Made by a program: the position numbers and the translations under genes. A model generated the notes under the pieces. It did no database searches, had not been told where the DNA came from, and worked only from the letters and a program-made list of their open reading frames with translations. Of a stretch of DNA of 54,632 nt, positions 45,637-54,632 are shown in pieces. The DNA comes from an uncultured virus (IMG/VR IMGVR_UViG_3300042691_044383) (lineage: Duplodnaviria; Heunggongvirae; Uroviricota; Caudoviricetes): the IMG/VR virus record IMGVR_UViG_3300042691_044383, positions 62,001 through 116,632 of that record; one strand, 5' to 3'. Each line of letters starts with the position of its first letter. Position 1 is the first letter of the stretch.

Positions 45637-46188
45637 TTACACGATTTCGTCGCAGCTCAAGTTGGCAAACATCAGCGCGATGTTTTCATTCACGATCATG
45701 TCTTGCGCCGCGACACCGACCGTTACGTTAACCATGGTCGCGGCCTGAATCGTGTACTTGACGGAATTCGCCTCCGCGTTACCGACTGCTGTGTTAAAAG
45801 CGATCGGCTGGGTAGGACTTGAACCCTGCCCGGAAGGACCGCAACCCCCGGCAAACGTGAACGTCAGATCCTGCGGCGAGCAGACGTTTCCGATCTCAGC
45901 ATAGAAAGCGCACAAAGCGCCGGACTGCGGGCCCAACACTCGAGCAATGCTGGCGTTGCCTTGCGTTCGGCCTCCAACGTAGAACACGGGCACAAAACCT
46001 CCCGTGCCTGCGTTGGCCGATCCGCCGTTGGAAACATCATAAATGCGTGCCACTTGCTGCGAAAAGTTAATCTGCACGTTCTGCACGATACCTAACGGAG
46101 TCGTGCTTCCTGCGATTGTCATCGCTGCCAAGTCGGAAGCAAAAGAGCCTCCGAACCCTGTTCTCTGCCTTGCGTATACGTCAGCCAT
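45637..46188 (-). CDS. Tail tube protein
   Basis: 183 aa directly after the sheath; GIVQNVQINFSQQVARIYDV...IVNENIALMF. Confidence 0.75.
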   Translation of the reverse strand: MADVYARQRTGFGGSFASDLAAMTIAGSTTPLGIVQNVQINFSQQVARIYDVSNGGSANAGTGGFVPVFYVGGRTQGNASIARVLGPQSGALCAFYAEIGNVCSPQDLTFTFAGGCGPSGQGSSPTQPIAFNTAVGNAEANSVKYTIQAATMVNVTVGVAAQDMIVNENIALMFANLSCDEIV

Positions 46189-46274
46189 TTTTACCTCTTA
46201 TGCCGCAGAGCTAGCTGCGGACGTTTGATCACTGAAGGGATGCAACAAACCTCTCGTCGGTTTTGCTGCGGCGT

Positions 46275-49103
46275 TTAAACAACCTGGTGCACTTCGATGT
46301 TGTTTGTCGCGTACGGTACTGTGTAAGTCGCATACAGGACATAACGATCTTTGAAGACCTCCGAAATGAAGAACCTGTCAATTGTTGCGTCTATCAGCTG
46401 CCCGCCGAGCTGCGGCGTGGATCGCTCGGTCTTCAACAGACGGAACAGTTTGTCGGCACCGCCCAGGATGATATCCCGCATGGAAGGTGTGACGTTAGTT
46501 ACACCGATCCAAGGCGCGAAGTAGTCCTTGACGCGATAACTGATACTGTCGACGTTGCGTGTGATCATCTCTTCGCGTTGATTGATGTCTTCGTAGTCGC
46601 CAGTTGTCACCGCGTGTCGCGTATAGATCTCTCCATCGCGACTTTGCGTGACAATCCATACTCCGGATTTTGCCATGTTGTCCAGTTGCAGTTTGTTAAA
46701 CCGCGTCGAACGGGGAACGGCAGAAAACCCTGTAATCTGTACGTTTGTCAGACCTTGCTGCGGCAACACTGCGGACGCCAACCCGGAAAGAGCACAGTTC
46801 AGGAAGTAGCCTTCCTGAATCAGACCCGCCCCCTCGACTTTGTCCGGCCAAACAGCTCGGATGCGTCGATCGTTGTAAGCACCCGCAACCTTTGCGATGG
46901 CTGTGGACTCTTCATCCAGCGACAAGTTTCGCCAAACTTCAATCTTGGCAGGTACAGTCTGCGGGGCTGCGGGACCGGCTGCTAACCGAAGCTGGTTTTC
47001 AGATTGCACTTCTTCGACGATGTACTCGCTGTAAGTGAAATTACCGAAACCGTCGCCGTTGTAGATGGCTCGCACGATATCGCCTGCCCGTACCCCGTTC
47101 TTAATGAAGTCGGAGTTGGCGGCAGGTACACGGCAAATCGTGTATTGCGTGCCGCCGGTAGACGGGTCATCTTCGAACACAGCTAAAGCGTTTTGACCGT
47201 CGTTTGTCGTGGCCGTCATGTAGCCGGTAATCGAGGATCCAGCGGAAACGATCGGAATCTCGGGAATTCCCGCAAGATTGAACCAACCCGTACGCCATTG
47301 TGCCTCGGTCGGCGACGAAGCCCCGTTCACGTGTGCCTGGAAAAGGCTCAAAACAGCCGCGTCCCGCGTGAGTGGAACGGGACCGTAGATGTCATCGCGA
47401 GTCAAAGCAACCTCGAGCACTTCCGCCCAAGCGTCAAGACTCGACGGGTCTGTCACAGCCGTGTAAAGGACTGGTGTCCCGTTGCTGTTAGACACACCTT
47501 GGAAAACACCCCACTTCAGAGGGTTGTCGGGAGTCAATGGTCCGCTGATCTGGTCGATATCGCCGACGTTCGAAAGGCCACCGATCTGGTTTGCCAGCGT
47601 AGGCAACCAAGCGCGATACTCGACGAAAAGGATTCCGTAGTCGAGTTCTGCCGCCGAGCGAACTTCCAAGGGCAGCGCAACGCCGCTGTCAGTCCAGCTC
47701 GCGTCATAGGCCACGATACCGGACTTAACGGTGAACTCAGTAGCCGACTGCTCCCAGTTGGTGAGCGGAGCCATGCCGGTCCGGTTGGCTTCGACTTCGA
47801 GCAAAGGCTTTCGGATGTACAGGTCGATGCCGACCTCGTCCCCGGAAGCAAAAGTCGAGTCGAGGTTGTGGCCCAGTACGATCGTGCGAACAGGTCCGTT
47901 GCTGATGCCTTGAACGGGCACGTAAAAGCGATCGCCCTTGTTCAACTTGGTGGAAGCGCCAAACGCGATCATAACCCCTCGCGTACCGATGTTGACATCT
48001 ACGCCAGTCGCAGTAACCACGTGCGGCCCGCTTTGATCGGTACCACCTACGGTCGTAACGGAGATCTCGGGCAAGGTATCGAAGCTTCCGCCTTTGGTCA
48101 CCGTGACGATGTAGGTCGTGTCTTCGCGACTGTTGTACGTTCCGTCGGAGAAAGCCGTGGTTGCCGTAAACGCTTGATTGACTACAACGGTGAACTCTTG
48201 GCCCGCGATCAGGTCATCCGAGCTGACACCGGAGTTGTCTGCCGAGAGTGAACAAGCGGCGGTATCCGCATCCGAGAAAGTCAAGGTAAGCCCGCGACTT
48301 CCAATTGCAGTAGGCGAACCGCTTGCCGAGGGGACAACGTCGACTTGATCGTCGGTACCGCTGGCAGAAAGCACAAGTAAACGAGCGGTGGTGTGATCGC
48401 CGTTAACCGAGCTGTCCAAGACTTTGACGGTGTAAGTTTCGCTGATCTTACCATCCGGTGTTCCGTCGTAAATGCAACCGTTGACGGTCGCCGAAACGCA
48501 GTTGACCGGACCTGCCGTCTGTGTGACAGAGTGTGTGCAGCTCTGGGTGTCAGCGTTAGAAGGCTCTATGGTCGCAGGAGCGATAGTCGCAGGCAAAGCA
48601 TCCGCCACCAACGCCTGAACGTAAGTCCACAAGTTGATCGGATCCCCGAGCGTTCCGCTGCCAGTCGGCACACCGCGAACTCGAATAACGTCGCCGACTT
48701 TCACATCACGATCGTACAGATCCGGATCTCGCGCATAAGCTCCGCTGGATGCGAAATTGATGGAGGCCGCTCGGATGCGGTTTTTGAAACCGCTCAAAAC
48801 TTCCACATCGCTACCCGCACTCAGCGCATCGCTGAAGTAAGCCAACAGCGCGTTTTCGATGTACAGCTTGGTGTAGCTTGAGTCGATCAGGCTTCCGGCG
48901 GGCTTGTTGGGCCAAGCGTAGTCGTTGTCAGAAACGTTGTCGTAAAGGCCTAACCGACCATCGTCACGTTCGTCGCTCTGCGACTGACGAACGAGATGTG
49001 CGTGCCCACCAGAGATGTGAGCGCACAAGGGATTAGCAGCAACCGCAGGTTGCGAAGTGAAGTCCTGGTAAACCAATACTTGCGGTAAAACGTAAGTTGC
49101 CAT
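46275..49103 (-). CDS. Contractile tail sheath protein
   Basis: N-terminal YVLPQVLVYQ; C-terminal QQGLTN, IYTRHAVTT, EEMITRNVD, VPYATNNIEV; GAGG RBS. Confidence 0.85.
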   Translation of the reverse strand: MATYVLPQVLVYQDFTSQPAVAANPLCAHISGGHAHLVRQSQSDERDDGRLGLYDNVSDNDYAWPNKPAGSLIDSSYTKLYIENALLAYFSDALSAGSDVEVLSGFKNRIRAASINFASSGAYARDPDLYDRDVKVGDVIRVRGVPTGSGTLGDPINLWTYVQALVADALPATIAPATIEPSNADTQSCTHSVTQTAGPVNCVSATVNGCIYDGTPDGKISETYTVKVLDSSVNGDHTTARLLVLSASGTDDQVDVVPSASGSPTAIGSRGLTLTFSDADTAACSLSADNSGVSSDDLIAGQEFTVVVNQAFTATTAFSDGTYNSREDTTYIVTVTKGGSFDTLPEISVTTVGGTDQSGPHVVTATGVDVNIGTRGVMIAFGASTKLNKGDRFYVPVQGISNGPVRTIVLGHNLDSTFASGDEVGIDLYIRKPLLEVEANRTGMAPLTNWEQSATEFTVKSGIVAYDASWTDSGVALPLEVRSAAELDYGILFVEYRAWLPTLANQIGGLSNVGDIDQISGPLTPDNPLKWGVFQGVSNSNGTPVLYTAVTDPSSLDAWAEVLEVALTRDDIYGPVPLTRDAAVLSLFQAHVNGASSPTEAQWRTGWFNLAGIPEIPIVSAGSSITGYMTATTNDGQNALAVFEDDPSTGGTQYTICRVPAANSDFIKNGVRAGDIVRAIYNGDGFGNFTYSEYIVEEVQSENQLRLAAGPAAPQTVPAKIEVWRNLSLDEESTAIAKVAGAYNDRRIRAVWPDKVEGAGLIQEGYFLNCALSGLASAVLPQQGLTNVQITGFSAVPRSTRFNKLQLDNMAKSGVWIVTQSRDGEIYTRHAVTTGDYEDINQREEMITRNVDSISYRVKDYFAPWIGVTNVTPSMRDIILGGADKLFRLLKTERSTPQLGGQLIDATIDRFFISEVFKDRYVLYATYTVPYATNNIEVHQVV

Positions 49104-49121
49104 CGTGTCCTCGTTTTTGAA

Positions 49122-49847
49122 TTACGGTCCTTGGTAACGGCTCCTCATCGAGATGTCGTTTTCGCCAAGGAAACTGGATAGTGAAACAGCCTGCAGTGGT
49201 AGCGATTTTTCGCGTAACTCCCAAGTGTGCTCGTAAGCCCAGCTGGCAGTAACGGGTACAACGTAATTTTCAGTAGACTCTTCTAGCTCTTGAATCGCTC
49301 CCACCTCGGCCACGCTAAATTGTCTCAGCTTCAAGTGTGATCGCACGATTGGCGAAAACTCCATCAGCTGATTTTGGACCTCAGTTGCAAGCATGTCCGC
49401 AGAAGCGCCTGTCTGATGTATGCAAAAAAGCGTGTGCGATCCAACGTAATGTGTGGCATAACGCTTGATAGCCCCCTTTTCGGTTTGATAAGCCGCCAAG
49501 CCTCCGCCTTGAATCTGGTGGGAAAAACCCATTGCCAAGTTTCGGTACGAATTGCGTTTTATCATGATCGCAGGGCGTTTTTCAACGATATCGCCCCGCC
49601 ATCGGTGAACGGTTTCGATCAATATACCGGAATCAGTTTGCTCTTTCCATAGATATTGGCGAAGCTCCGGTGTCAGTATGTTTTGCGCATCCGACCATTG
49701 CCGCGTAAGGAAGTCGCGGAAAAAGCCCGTTATGAGAATTGGTTGCCAACCGTTGTCGCACAAAAAAGGAATGTCGACGGTGCTTTGCGTTCCGTAGTTG
49801 TCTTTTGAAGGCTGCGGGTCAGGGGTGGGGCACCAGTTCGTTGTCAT
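49122..49847 (-). CDS. Tail completion / terminator protein (putative)
   Basis: Immediately upstream of the sheath, with an EKRPAIMIKR motif. Confidence 0.6.
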   Translation of the reverse strand: MTTNWCPTPDPQPSKDNYGTQSTVDIPFLCDNGWQPILITGFFRDFLTRQWSDAQNILTPELRQYLWKEQTDSGILIETVHRWRGDIVEKRPAIMIKRNSYRNLAMGFSHQIQGGGLAAYQTEKGAIKRYATHYVGSHTLFCIHQTGASADMLATEVQNQLMEFSPIVRSHLKLRQFSVAEVGAIQELEESTENYVVPVTASWAYEHTWELREKSLPLQAVSLSSFLGENDISMRSRYQGP

Positions 49848-50077
49848 TTGCGATTATCCATTTGTTGAATCACCTGCGAAGGATCGTAATCCCACTTTCG
49901 CATGCTCAGCCGGGTAGTAAAAGGATTTCTGCCTTTCGTATTATCCTTTTCCTTGGCTTTCTCTGCCACGTGCGATGTTTTCGCGTGTTCGTCATTCTGC
50001 GGCAAACCTAGAGGCGCACGCAACCCCATCGGTGAAAAGCGAGAGACCGGAATCATTAACATCGCTCCTGGAGCCAA
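49844..50077 (-). CDS. Hypothetical protein
   Basis: Fills the gap and has an ATGA overlap with the next gene. Start uncertain. Confidence 0.5.
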   Translation of the reverse strand: MAPGAMLMIPVSRFSPMGLRAPLGLPQNDEHAKTSHVAEKAKEKDNTKGRNPFTTRLSMRKWDYDPSQVIQQMDNRK

Positions 50078-50979
50078 GCATCCTGCTGTGGAATGGGTAT
50101 ACGATAGGCAACGTCCGTAGCCGGAGCCGGTCGAAGCACGACTTCTGCTACTATCGGAACCCCTCGCATTTCAAAAATGTTTTGTGTGGCCTCGATGTAA
50201 TATCGCGTGTCGGTTTTACGTGACACCCATACGTCTTGCTCGCCGATGATCGGAAGCATTAACATCCGGGCCTTAATTCGAACGTCTTGCACCGTACCAC
50301 GAACAGATTGATCGTCGATGTTAAGCTTGCTTGAGCTTGGTTGAAGGTCGGCCCAGACGCAGGCAAGCGGGTAGTAGTAACCGCACAGTTTGCCGGTTCC
50401 CCAGCACTGCGGGCAGTACGGATCGGTGATCTCCATTGTCTGCGGGTCCAGGCAACGAGGGCAGTTTTCACCTGTAAGCCTTCGTTTGAGAAGGTAACCG
50501 TCCTGTGCGGTGTACATGAACCGCAGCTTTTCTTTTCTCGCTATTTCACGTGCTATTCGCCAATCCCGCACGTTCAAAATCCCGGTCTGCGCGACCGGAC
50601 TAGAAAAGTACGTCTGGTTCGGTGTCGTAACCTTTACTCGATAGTAGGTGGCCAGAGACCGCGTGAAAGATCTTTGCTGCGGGTCTATCGCATAGCACGT
50701 GTTCTCAACGGCAAGACCGATGTCCGTCCAATCGTCGGCGTCCGGGTTACCCGTCTGACCGGCTTGCAGCTGAAAAACCCAAGGCTGCAAATCGTTGAAG
50801 CTGTCTAAGAGCTGCCACATTACACGCGTGCCACCACGTATCAAGTAAGAAACGTGCACCATGTCAAACACGCTTTCGCATGTTGACGGGCACGCTCGTG
50901 GTTCGCACGAAATGTAGCGGTTTTGCTTGACCTCGCTGGAATTGTCGACACCGGGAGATGTGCTGCCGTTTAACGTCAT
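50056..50979 (-). CDS. Neck/head-closure-like protein with a Zn-ribbon insertion
   Basis: CPRC...CPQCWGTG, then a beta-barrel-like C-terminus (RYYIEAT). Assignment relies partly on gene position. Confidence 0.55.
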   Translation of the reverse strand: MTLNGSTSPGVDNSSEVKQNRYISCEPRACPSTCESVFDMVHVSYLIRGGTRVMWQLLDSFNDLQPWVFQLQAGQTGNPDADDWTDIGLAVENTCYAIDPQQRSFTRSLATYYRVKVTTPNQTYFSSPVAQTGILNVRDWRIAREIARKEKLRFMYTAQDGYLLKRRLTGENCPRCLDPQTMEITDPYCPQCWGTGKLCGYYYPLACVWADLQPSSSKLNIDDQSVRGTVQDVRIKARMLMLPIIGEQDVWVSRKTDTRYYIEATQNIFEMRGVPIVAEVVLRPAPATDVAYRIPIPQQDAWLQERC

Positions 50980-50986
50980 TTTTCAC

Positions 50987-51973
50987 CTAGTAAAAAAGGC
51001 CGGAATATGGCGATCCGATAGCACCGCTGAAAGCTGCTATGTTTATCTCGATCTTCTTCGCCTTGACGTTGTCCTGGAACATTTGCAGCATGCGGTTGCT
51101 AGCTGCAACGTATTGCTGTTCCTTGTTCTTGTCGTCGATCGCCATGCCTCCCGCGCTGTAAGCCAGTTGATTTCTGCGGTAGTGGTTCGCAGCAATGTCG
51201 AAAAGATAAGCTTGAATGCCTTGCAACCAAAGTTCTCTGAACGGGAAATTCTTTGTCGTTAAAAGCGGATTTAGCGGAGGCGGGATCTCGTTCCAGTACT
51301 GCAGTGGTCGCATGACGGACTGGATGATTTCGGCGGAGTCAAATTCGACATCATCCAACAGTACGTTATCAGCGCCGCTATTGTCGCGGATCGACAAACG
51401 TATTTCTTCCAACGTGGGAGGCCCGACGTTACGCATGTTCAAATCGCTGCTAACGCCGAAAAGACCACGCCGAACGAAAGTGCAACACTGGTTGCTAAAA
51501 AGCATGCTGCCGTCAGGAGCGAAAAAGGACCACTCTTCCAAATATATTCCGGCAGCCCTTACGATTGAATCTGGCAAAACGTTCGCGCGAACAACACCCT
51601 CGGACATGTCCAAGATTTCCGCCTCGATCTGAACAATCGGGTCGTTCACCGGGTCGTAACCGGACAACTCTCGCATACGCAAGACCACGCCGCAACCAGG
51701 GTTTCCCACGGCATCGAAGTCTCCCGCAGTTTGGCTCGACATGCTTGCACAGTTGTTGACACAGTCTTGCAAGTTGATCGGTTGGCCTTCAGGATTTTTG
51801 AAAGTCCATATCAGCCTTGCGGCCTGACCCATCTGCACTTCGTGGCATTGCAACTTAGGCAAAACCGGACAGCCATCTACGACGGTCTGCTTAGGTTTTA
51901 TGACGTTCTGTTGCTCGCAGTCAGCTCCCGGTAAGGGCACAGGCAACTCTACAGGTGTTCCCTCAAGTGGCAT
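50987..51973 (-). CDS. Head-tail adaptor / neck protein (putative)
   Basis: Ig-like N-terminal half, then LEEIRLSIRD...WNEIPP...YSAGGMAIDD. Assignment relies partly on gene position. Confidence 0.55.
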   Translation of the reverse strand: MPLEGTPVELPVPLPGADCEQQNVIKPKQTVVDGCPVLPKLQCHEVQMGQAARLIWTFKNPEGQPINLQDCVNNCASMSSQTAGDFDAVGNPGCGVVLRMRELSGYDPVNDPIVQIEAEILDMSEGVVRANVLPDSIVRAAGIYLEEWSFFAPDGSMLFSNQCCTFVRRGLFGVSSDLNMRNVGPPTLEEIRLSIRDNSGADNVLLDDVEFDSAEIIQSVMRPLQYWNEIPPPLNPLLTTKNFPFRELWLQGIQAYLFDIAANHYRRNQLAYSAGGMAIDDKNKEQQYVAASNRMLQMFQDNVKAKKIEINIAAFSGAIGSPYSGLFY

Positions 51974-51981
51974 CGGTACTC

Positions 51982-52575
51982 CTACGCGCTAGGCAGTTTA
52001 GTGACAGAAATTTCGGACGGATCAAAGCTGACAACGACCCGGAACGCATCGGGCCCTGCAACGCCTGACCGGTAGTAACGGAAAACGTAGACGCCTGGAT
52101 CTAAGTAAAAGGGCAAAACCCAAGTACCGTTAGCACGCTGCCGGGTATCTCGAAGGCGATACGTTCCGTCTTTATTGCCTGCGATGTACATCGAGTAAAG
52201 GAAAACTTCAATGGTCGCGTCTTCGATCGGAACACCGTCCAAGTCGTACCGCAGGTTGTTTGTGCCGCCGTAATTGACATCGACAAGCACCTTGTGTGGA
52301 TCGCTGGCCGGATCAGTCAGGATGTCGATTTCCCACCACTCGTTTGCAATGAAGTAATCCGGGTCACTGAGACGTACCACGAAACGCCCGACAGGGTTCG
52401 CTACGTCCATTACGTAGTCGTCATCGTCTAAGGAACTTACGTCAAAACGATACAGCGTAGGCCTGCCGGCCACGGCTGCTCCCGTTATAGGCAAACCAAC
52501 AGCCGTAGCTGTATCTCGTGTATACGGCTGAAGCGTAGGTGTTTTGTTCGGCGGTAATGTTAGTTCGAGCAGCAT
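51982..52575 (-). CDS. Hypothetical beta-rich structural protein
   Basis: C-terminal carboxypeptidase-regulatory/Ig-like pattern (GVPIEDATIEV...LDPGVY). Start moved to ATG 52575. Confidence 0.65.
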   Translation of the reverse strand: MLLELTLPPNKTPTLQPYTRDTATAVGLPITGAAVAGRPTLYRFDVSSLDDDDYVMDVANPVGRFVVRLSDPDYFIANEWWEIDILTDPASDPHKVLVDVNYGGTNNLRYDLDGVPIEDATIEVFLYSMYIAGNKDGTYRLRDTRQRANGTWVLPFYLDPGVYVFRYYRSGVAGPDAFRVVVSFDPSEISVTKLPSA

Positions 52576-52644
52576 GCGTGACTCACCTGTAAAGTTAACT
52601 GACCACCAATTATAAACCAAACAACTGTTTGCAAGCGACAGGAA

Positions 52645-53733
52645 CTACGCGTCGTCGAGCTTGTACCAGCCTTCCTTGCCCGTGTAGACGTTCATCACGT
52701 CTTTAAAATACTTGTTGTACCTTGGCGCAATCTTTTCCAAAGAGAACTGTTCACCGAACTTCCTGCAATTTTCAGGTTTGATCCGATCGATGTTGCGAAC
52801 AGCGTCGACAAAGTCGGCAAAAGTTCTGCAGCGATAGCCCGTTACGCCGTGCAGATTGTTCTCCGTAAACGCACCCCAGTCCGTGGTAATCGTAGGAGTA
52901 CCGGATAGCAAATTTTCGATCTGAACCCCGCCAAAGGGCTCGATGTACTGACTTGCCACAAAGCTGGCTTTCGCGTCTCGCATTAGCTTTTTGCGGGTCT
53001 CGGAATCAGCGTATCCAACGTATTCGACCGAAGCTGGAAGCTCGAAAGACGGATCCTTTTGCCCTGCAATCACAAGTTTAATGCCGAGCTTCTGGGCAAC
53101 TTGAATTGCAATGTGTACGCCTTTGCCCTCGTAAACGCGACCGAGGTACAAAAAGTAATCCTGCTTTTTGTCGCTGTATTCGAAATCATTTAAGTCGAAA
53201 TAGTTCGGGATCACTACCTCGTACCAATCTTGCTTGCAATTGCGAACGCCCGCCATGCCGCAGTAAGCATGGTAAATGGCATAAGACTCGAAAATTTTCC
53301 AACGCGCCCAGTGTCCATCCGCGTAACCTATACCAGGTTCCACGCAGATAAGGTCGGAGTGTGCGTCGCAGACCGGGCGTACGCCAGCTCCCCAGAACGG
53401 CAGGATGAAGTCCAGCGGCTTTTTACGTTTAGCTATTTCTGTGATCGCGTTGCGATAGAACGTTTGGTAAGCGTGATCTTCCGTGTTGAACTTGAAAAAG
53501 TTTTTACGCCAATCGTAGCTTCCGTACGCAATTTCCAGGTCTTCGTTTGTCGTAACCGTTACATGCTCGTCGCACGCAAGATTAGAATCCGCGTGGCCGT
53601 AATGAATAATGTGGTGCCCGTGCGGTCGCATCATTTCAGCGAACTTTACAACTTTTTGCGTGTATGCGCAAGCAACGTAATCGCGGTTAGAAACGGTATG
53701 CGGCAATCCTAGAACGTGAAATCTGAACGGCAT
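52645..53733 (-). CDS. GT4 (GT-B) glycosyltransferase
   Basis: [12 protein letters not shown] and EPFGGVQIE (EX7E) [24 protein letters not shown]. Confidence 0.92.
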   Translation of the reverse strand: MPFRFHVLGLPHTVSNRDYVACAYTQKVVKFAEMMRPHGHHIIHYGHADSNLACDEHVTVTTNEDLEIAYGSYDWRKNFFKFNTEDHAYQTFYRNAITEIAKRKKPLDFILPFWGAGVRPVCDAHSDLICVEPGIGYADGHWARWKIFESYAIYHAYCGMAGVRNCKQDWYEVVIPNYFDLNDFEYSDKKQDYFLYLGRVYEGKGVHIAIQVAQKLGIKLVIAGQKDPSFELPASVEYVGYADSETRKKLMRDAKASFVASQYIEPFGGVQIENLLSGTPTITTDWGAFTENNLHGVTGYRCRTFADFVDAVRNIDRIKPENCRKFGEQFSLEKIAPRYNKYFKDVMNVYTGKEGWYKLDDA

Positions 53734-53867
53734 GTTTTTCCTTTACGTTAAAGCCGGAATCAAGTCGCAAAGCTTTTTTATCGCCGTGACAAGCACTTTA
53801 ACAGGTGTAACTGTGCGATTCTCGATTGAAAAGCTTCGAAATTTAACATTTGTCAAATCCGTGGCGT

Positions 53868-54632
53868 CTATCCCGGGTAGCAAACCAACCGAGATGTTCG
53901 TCGTCGGTTGTTTGTTGGTGGTGGCGTGCTTGGTAAATACCTGGATCGGCGGCGGGTCGGAGGCTGCAACGTTAACGCGCCACCCGGCCCCGCTTCGACG
54001 TACTGTGCAATTTGCTCGGGGGTCCAACGCTGTGCGTGTACGATTGCTTCGGCAATCCGTTGCGGGTAGTACAATTGAGTGAATCCGGAACCTAATCGGA
54101 CCGATGAAACGCTGGCCAACTGCGGAACGCTCGTTGTTGATACGGCTAACAACCGGCCATCGACCCACAATTCACGGCGTGTAGCGGATACGAACACGCC
54201 AACCAAAGATACCCAACCGGGGTTGAACGTCGTGGTGTAGTTGGCGTTATTGGTAAACGTGGTGTTCCGCGCGAAAATACCGGGTCGCGGCGTTGCCTGC
54301 CTGTAACCAATAGCAAAATACTGTGTTTGCCCAACACCCACCGATAACGTTAACGCGGCGGTAGTGTCGGGTATTGTACTCGGATGATAAACCCAGTTTG
54401 CTAGGGTGAACGGGTAGGTTGTGAGTGTTTCGGCGGTTGCAATTGTCACCGAATCATTAGCGCCATCAAACGCCAACACGTTGCCAATTGTCGATTGCTG
54501 CCATGCTTGGGCGGCGGTCATACCGGACAACGCGCCGTGGTTGTCTGTTGTCGGGTTAATATCGAGGACGGTGGCGCCGGTGTTTCCCGATACCACGGGT
54601 GACCAAATGCCCCGGCAACCGTCCAACAACCA
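53868..54632 (-). CDS. LamG/concanavalin-A-like domain protein, 5'-truncated
   Basis: LAFDGANDSV, FTLANWV, WVSLVGV, ELWVDG, IAEAIV...WTPEQI. Confidence 0.8.
   Translation of the reverse strand, partial: WLLDGCRGIWSPVVSGNTGATVLDINPTTDNHGALSGMTAAQAWQQSTIGNVLAFDGANDSVTIATAETLTTYPFTLANWVYHPSTIPDTTAALTLSVGVGQTQYFAIGYRQATPRPGIFARNTTFTNNANYTTTFNPGWVSLVGVFVSATRRELWVDGRLLAVSTTSVPQLASVSSVRLGSGFTQLYYPQRIAEAIVHAQRWTPEQIAQYVEAGPGGALTLQPPTRRRSRYLPSTPPPTNNRRRTSRLVCYPG

Noticed and set aside
23593..51973. Bacterial extracellular contractile injection system or tailocin instead of a phage
   Set aside because: Neck-like genes, a frameshifted chaperone, a tRNA and phage-style accessory genes favour a phage. 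It is not fully excluded, because no capsid or terminase is in the window.
52608..52633. Sigma70 promoter TTGCAA...TATAAT
   Set aside because: The spacer is only 14 nt. The -10 may be real but the pair is not supportable.
3..54082. Plus-strand ORFs (e.g. 905-1537, 11960-12766, 47193-48251)
   Set aside because: They are antisense shadows of well-supported minus-strand genes and have no recognisable motifs.
53743..54168. 141-aa minus-strand ORF
   Set aside because: It mostly overlaps the LamG gene in another frame and has no motif support.
1..54632. Stop-codon reassignment
   Set aside because: Long genes tile densely in the standard code, and TAA, TAG and TGA all end genes.

Overview
A 54.6 kb segment of a large contractile-tailed (myovirus-type) phage genome. 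Essentially every credible gene is on the minus strand and reads in the standard genetic code. The host is probably a planctomycete, inferred from DUF1257/DUF2997, Cys-rich secreted peptides and a CsrA-like protein. From right to left the window has a LamG-like protein and a GT4 glycosyltransferase, then neck and tail-completion genes, a 942-aa tail sheath, tail tube and a spike/hub-like protein. Next come a tail assembly chaperone with a -1 slippery site, the tape measure, and baseplate genes interrupted by a sigma-70 factor. The baseplate genes are also interrupted by a cassette of an MMP-like metalloprotease, a papain-like protease, membrane proteins and a lipoprotein. These are followed by five tandem Cys-rich paralogues, a collagen-like fibre and two more glycosyltransferases. 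The left accessory region holds pentapeptide-repeat paralogues and tRNA-Ile2(CAT). The most unusual signals are non-coding. One is a ~850-nt, densely base-paired, terminator-bounded candidate large RNA with no credible gene (~9630-10485). The other is a cluster of three tRNA-mimic elements with conserved acceptor/D/T arms but variable inserts replacing the anticodon arm (3872-4415). The two regions share a small hairpin motif. No capsid, portal, terminase, reverse transcriptase, integrase or CRISPR array was recognised. All product calls come from reading motifs and gene order by eye, not from database searches.
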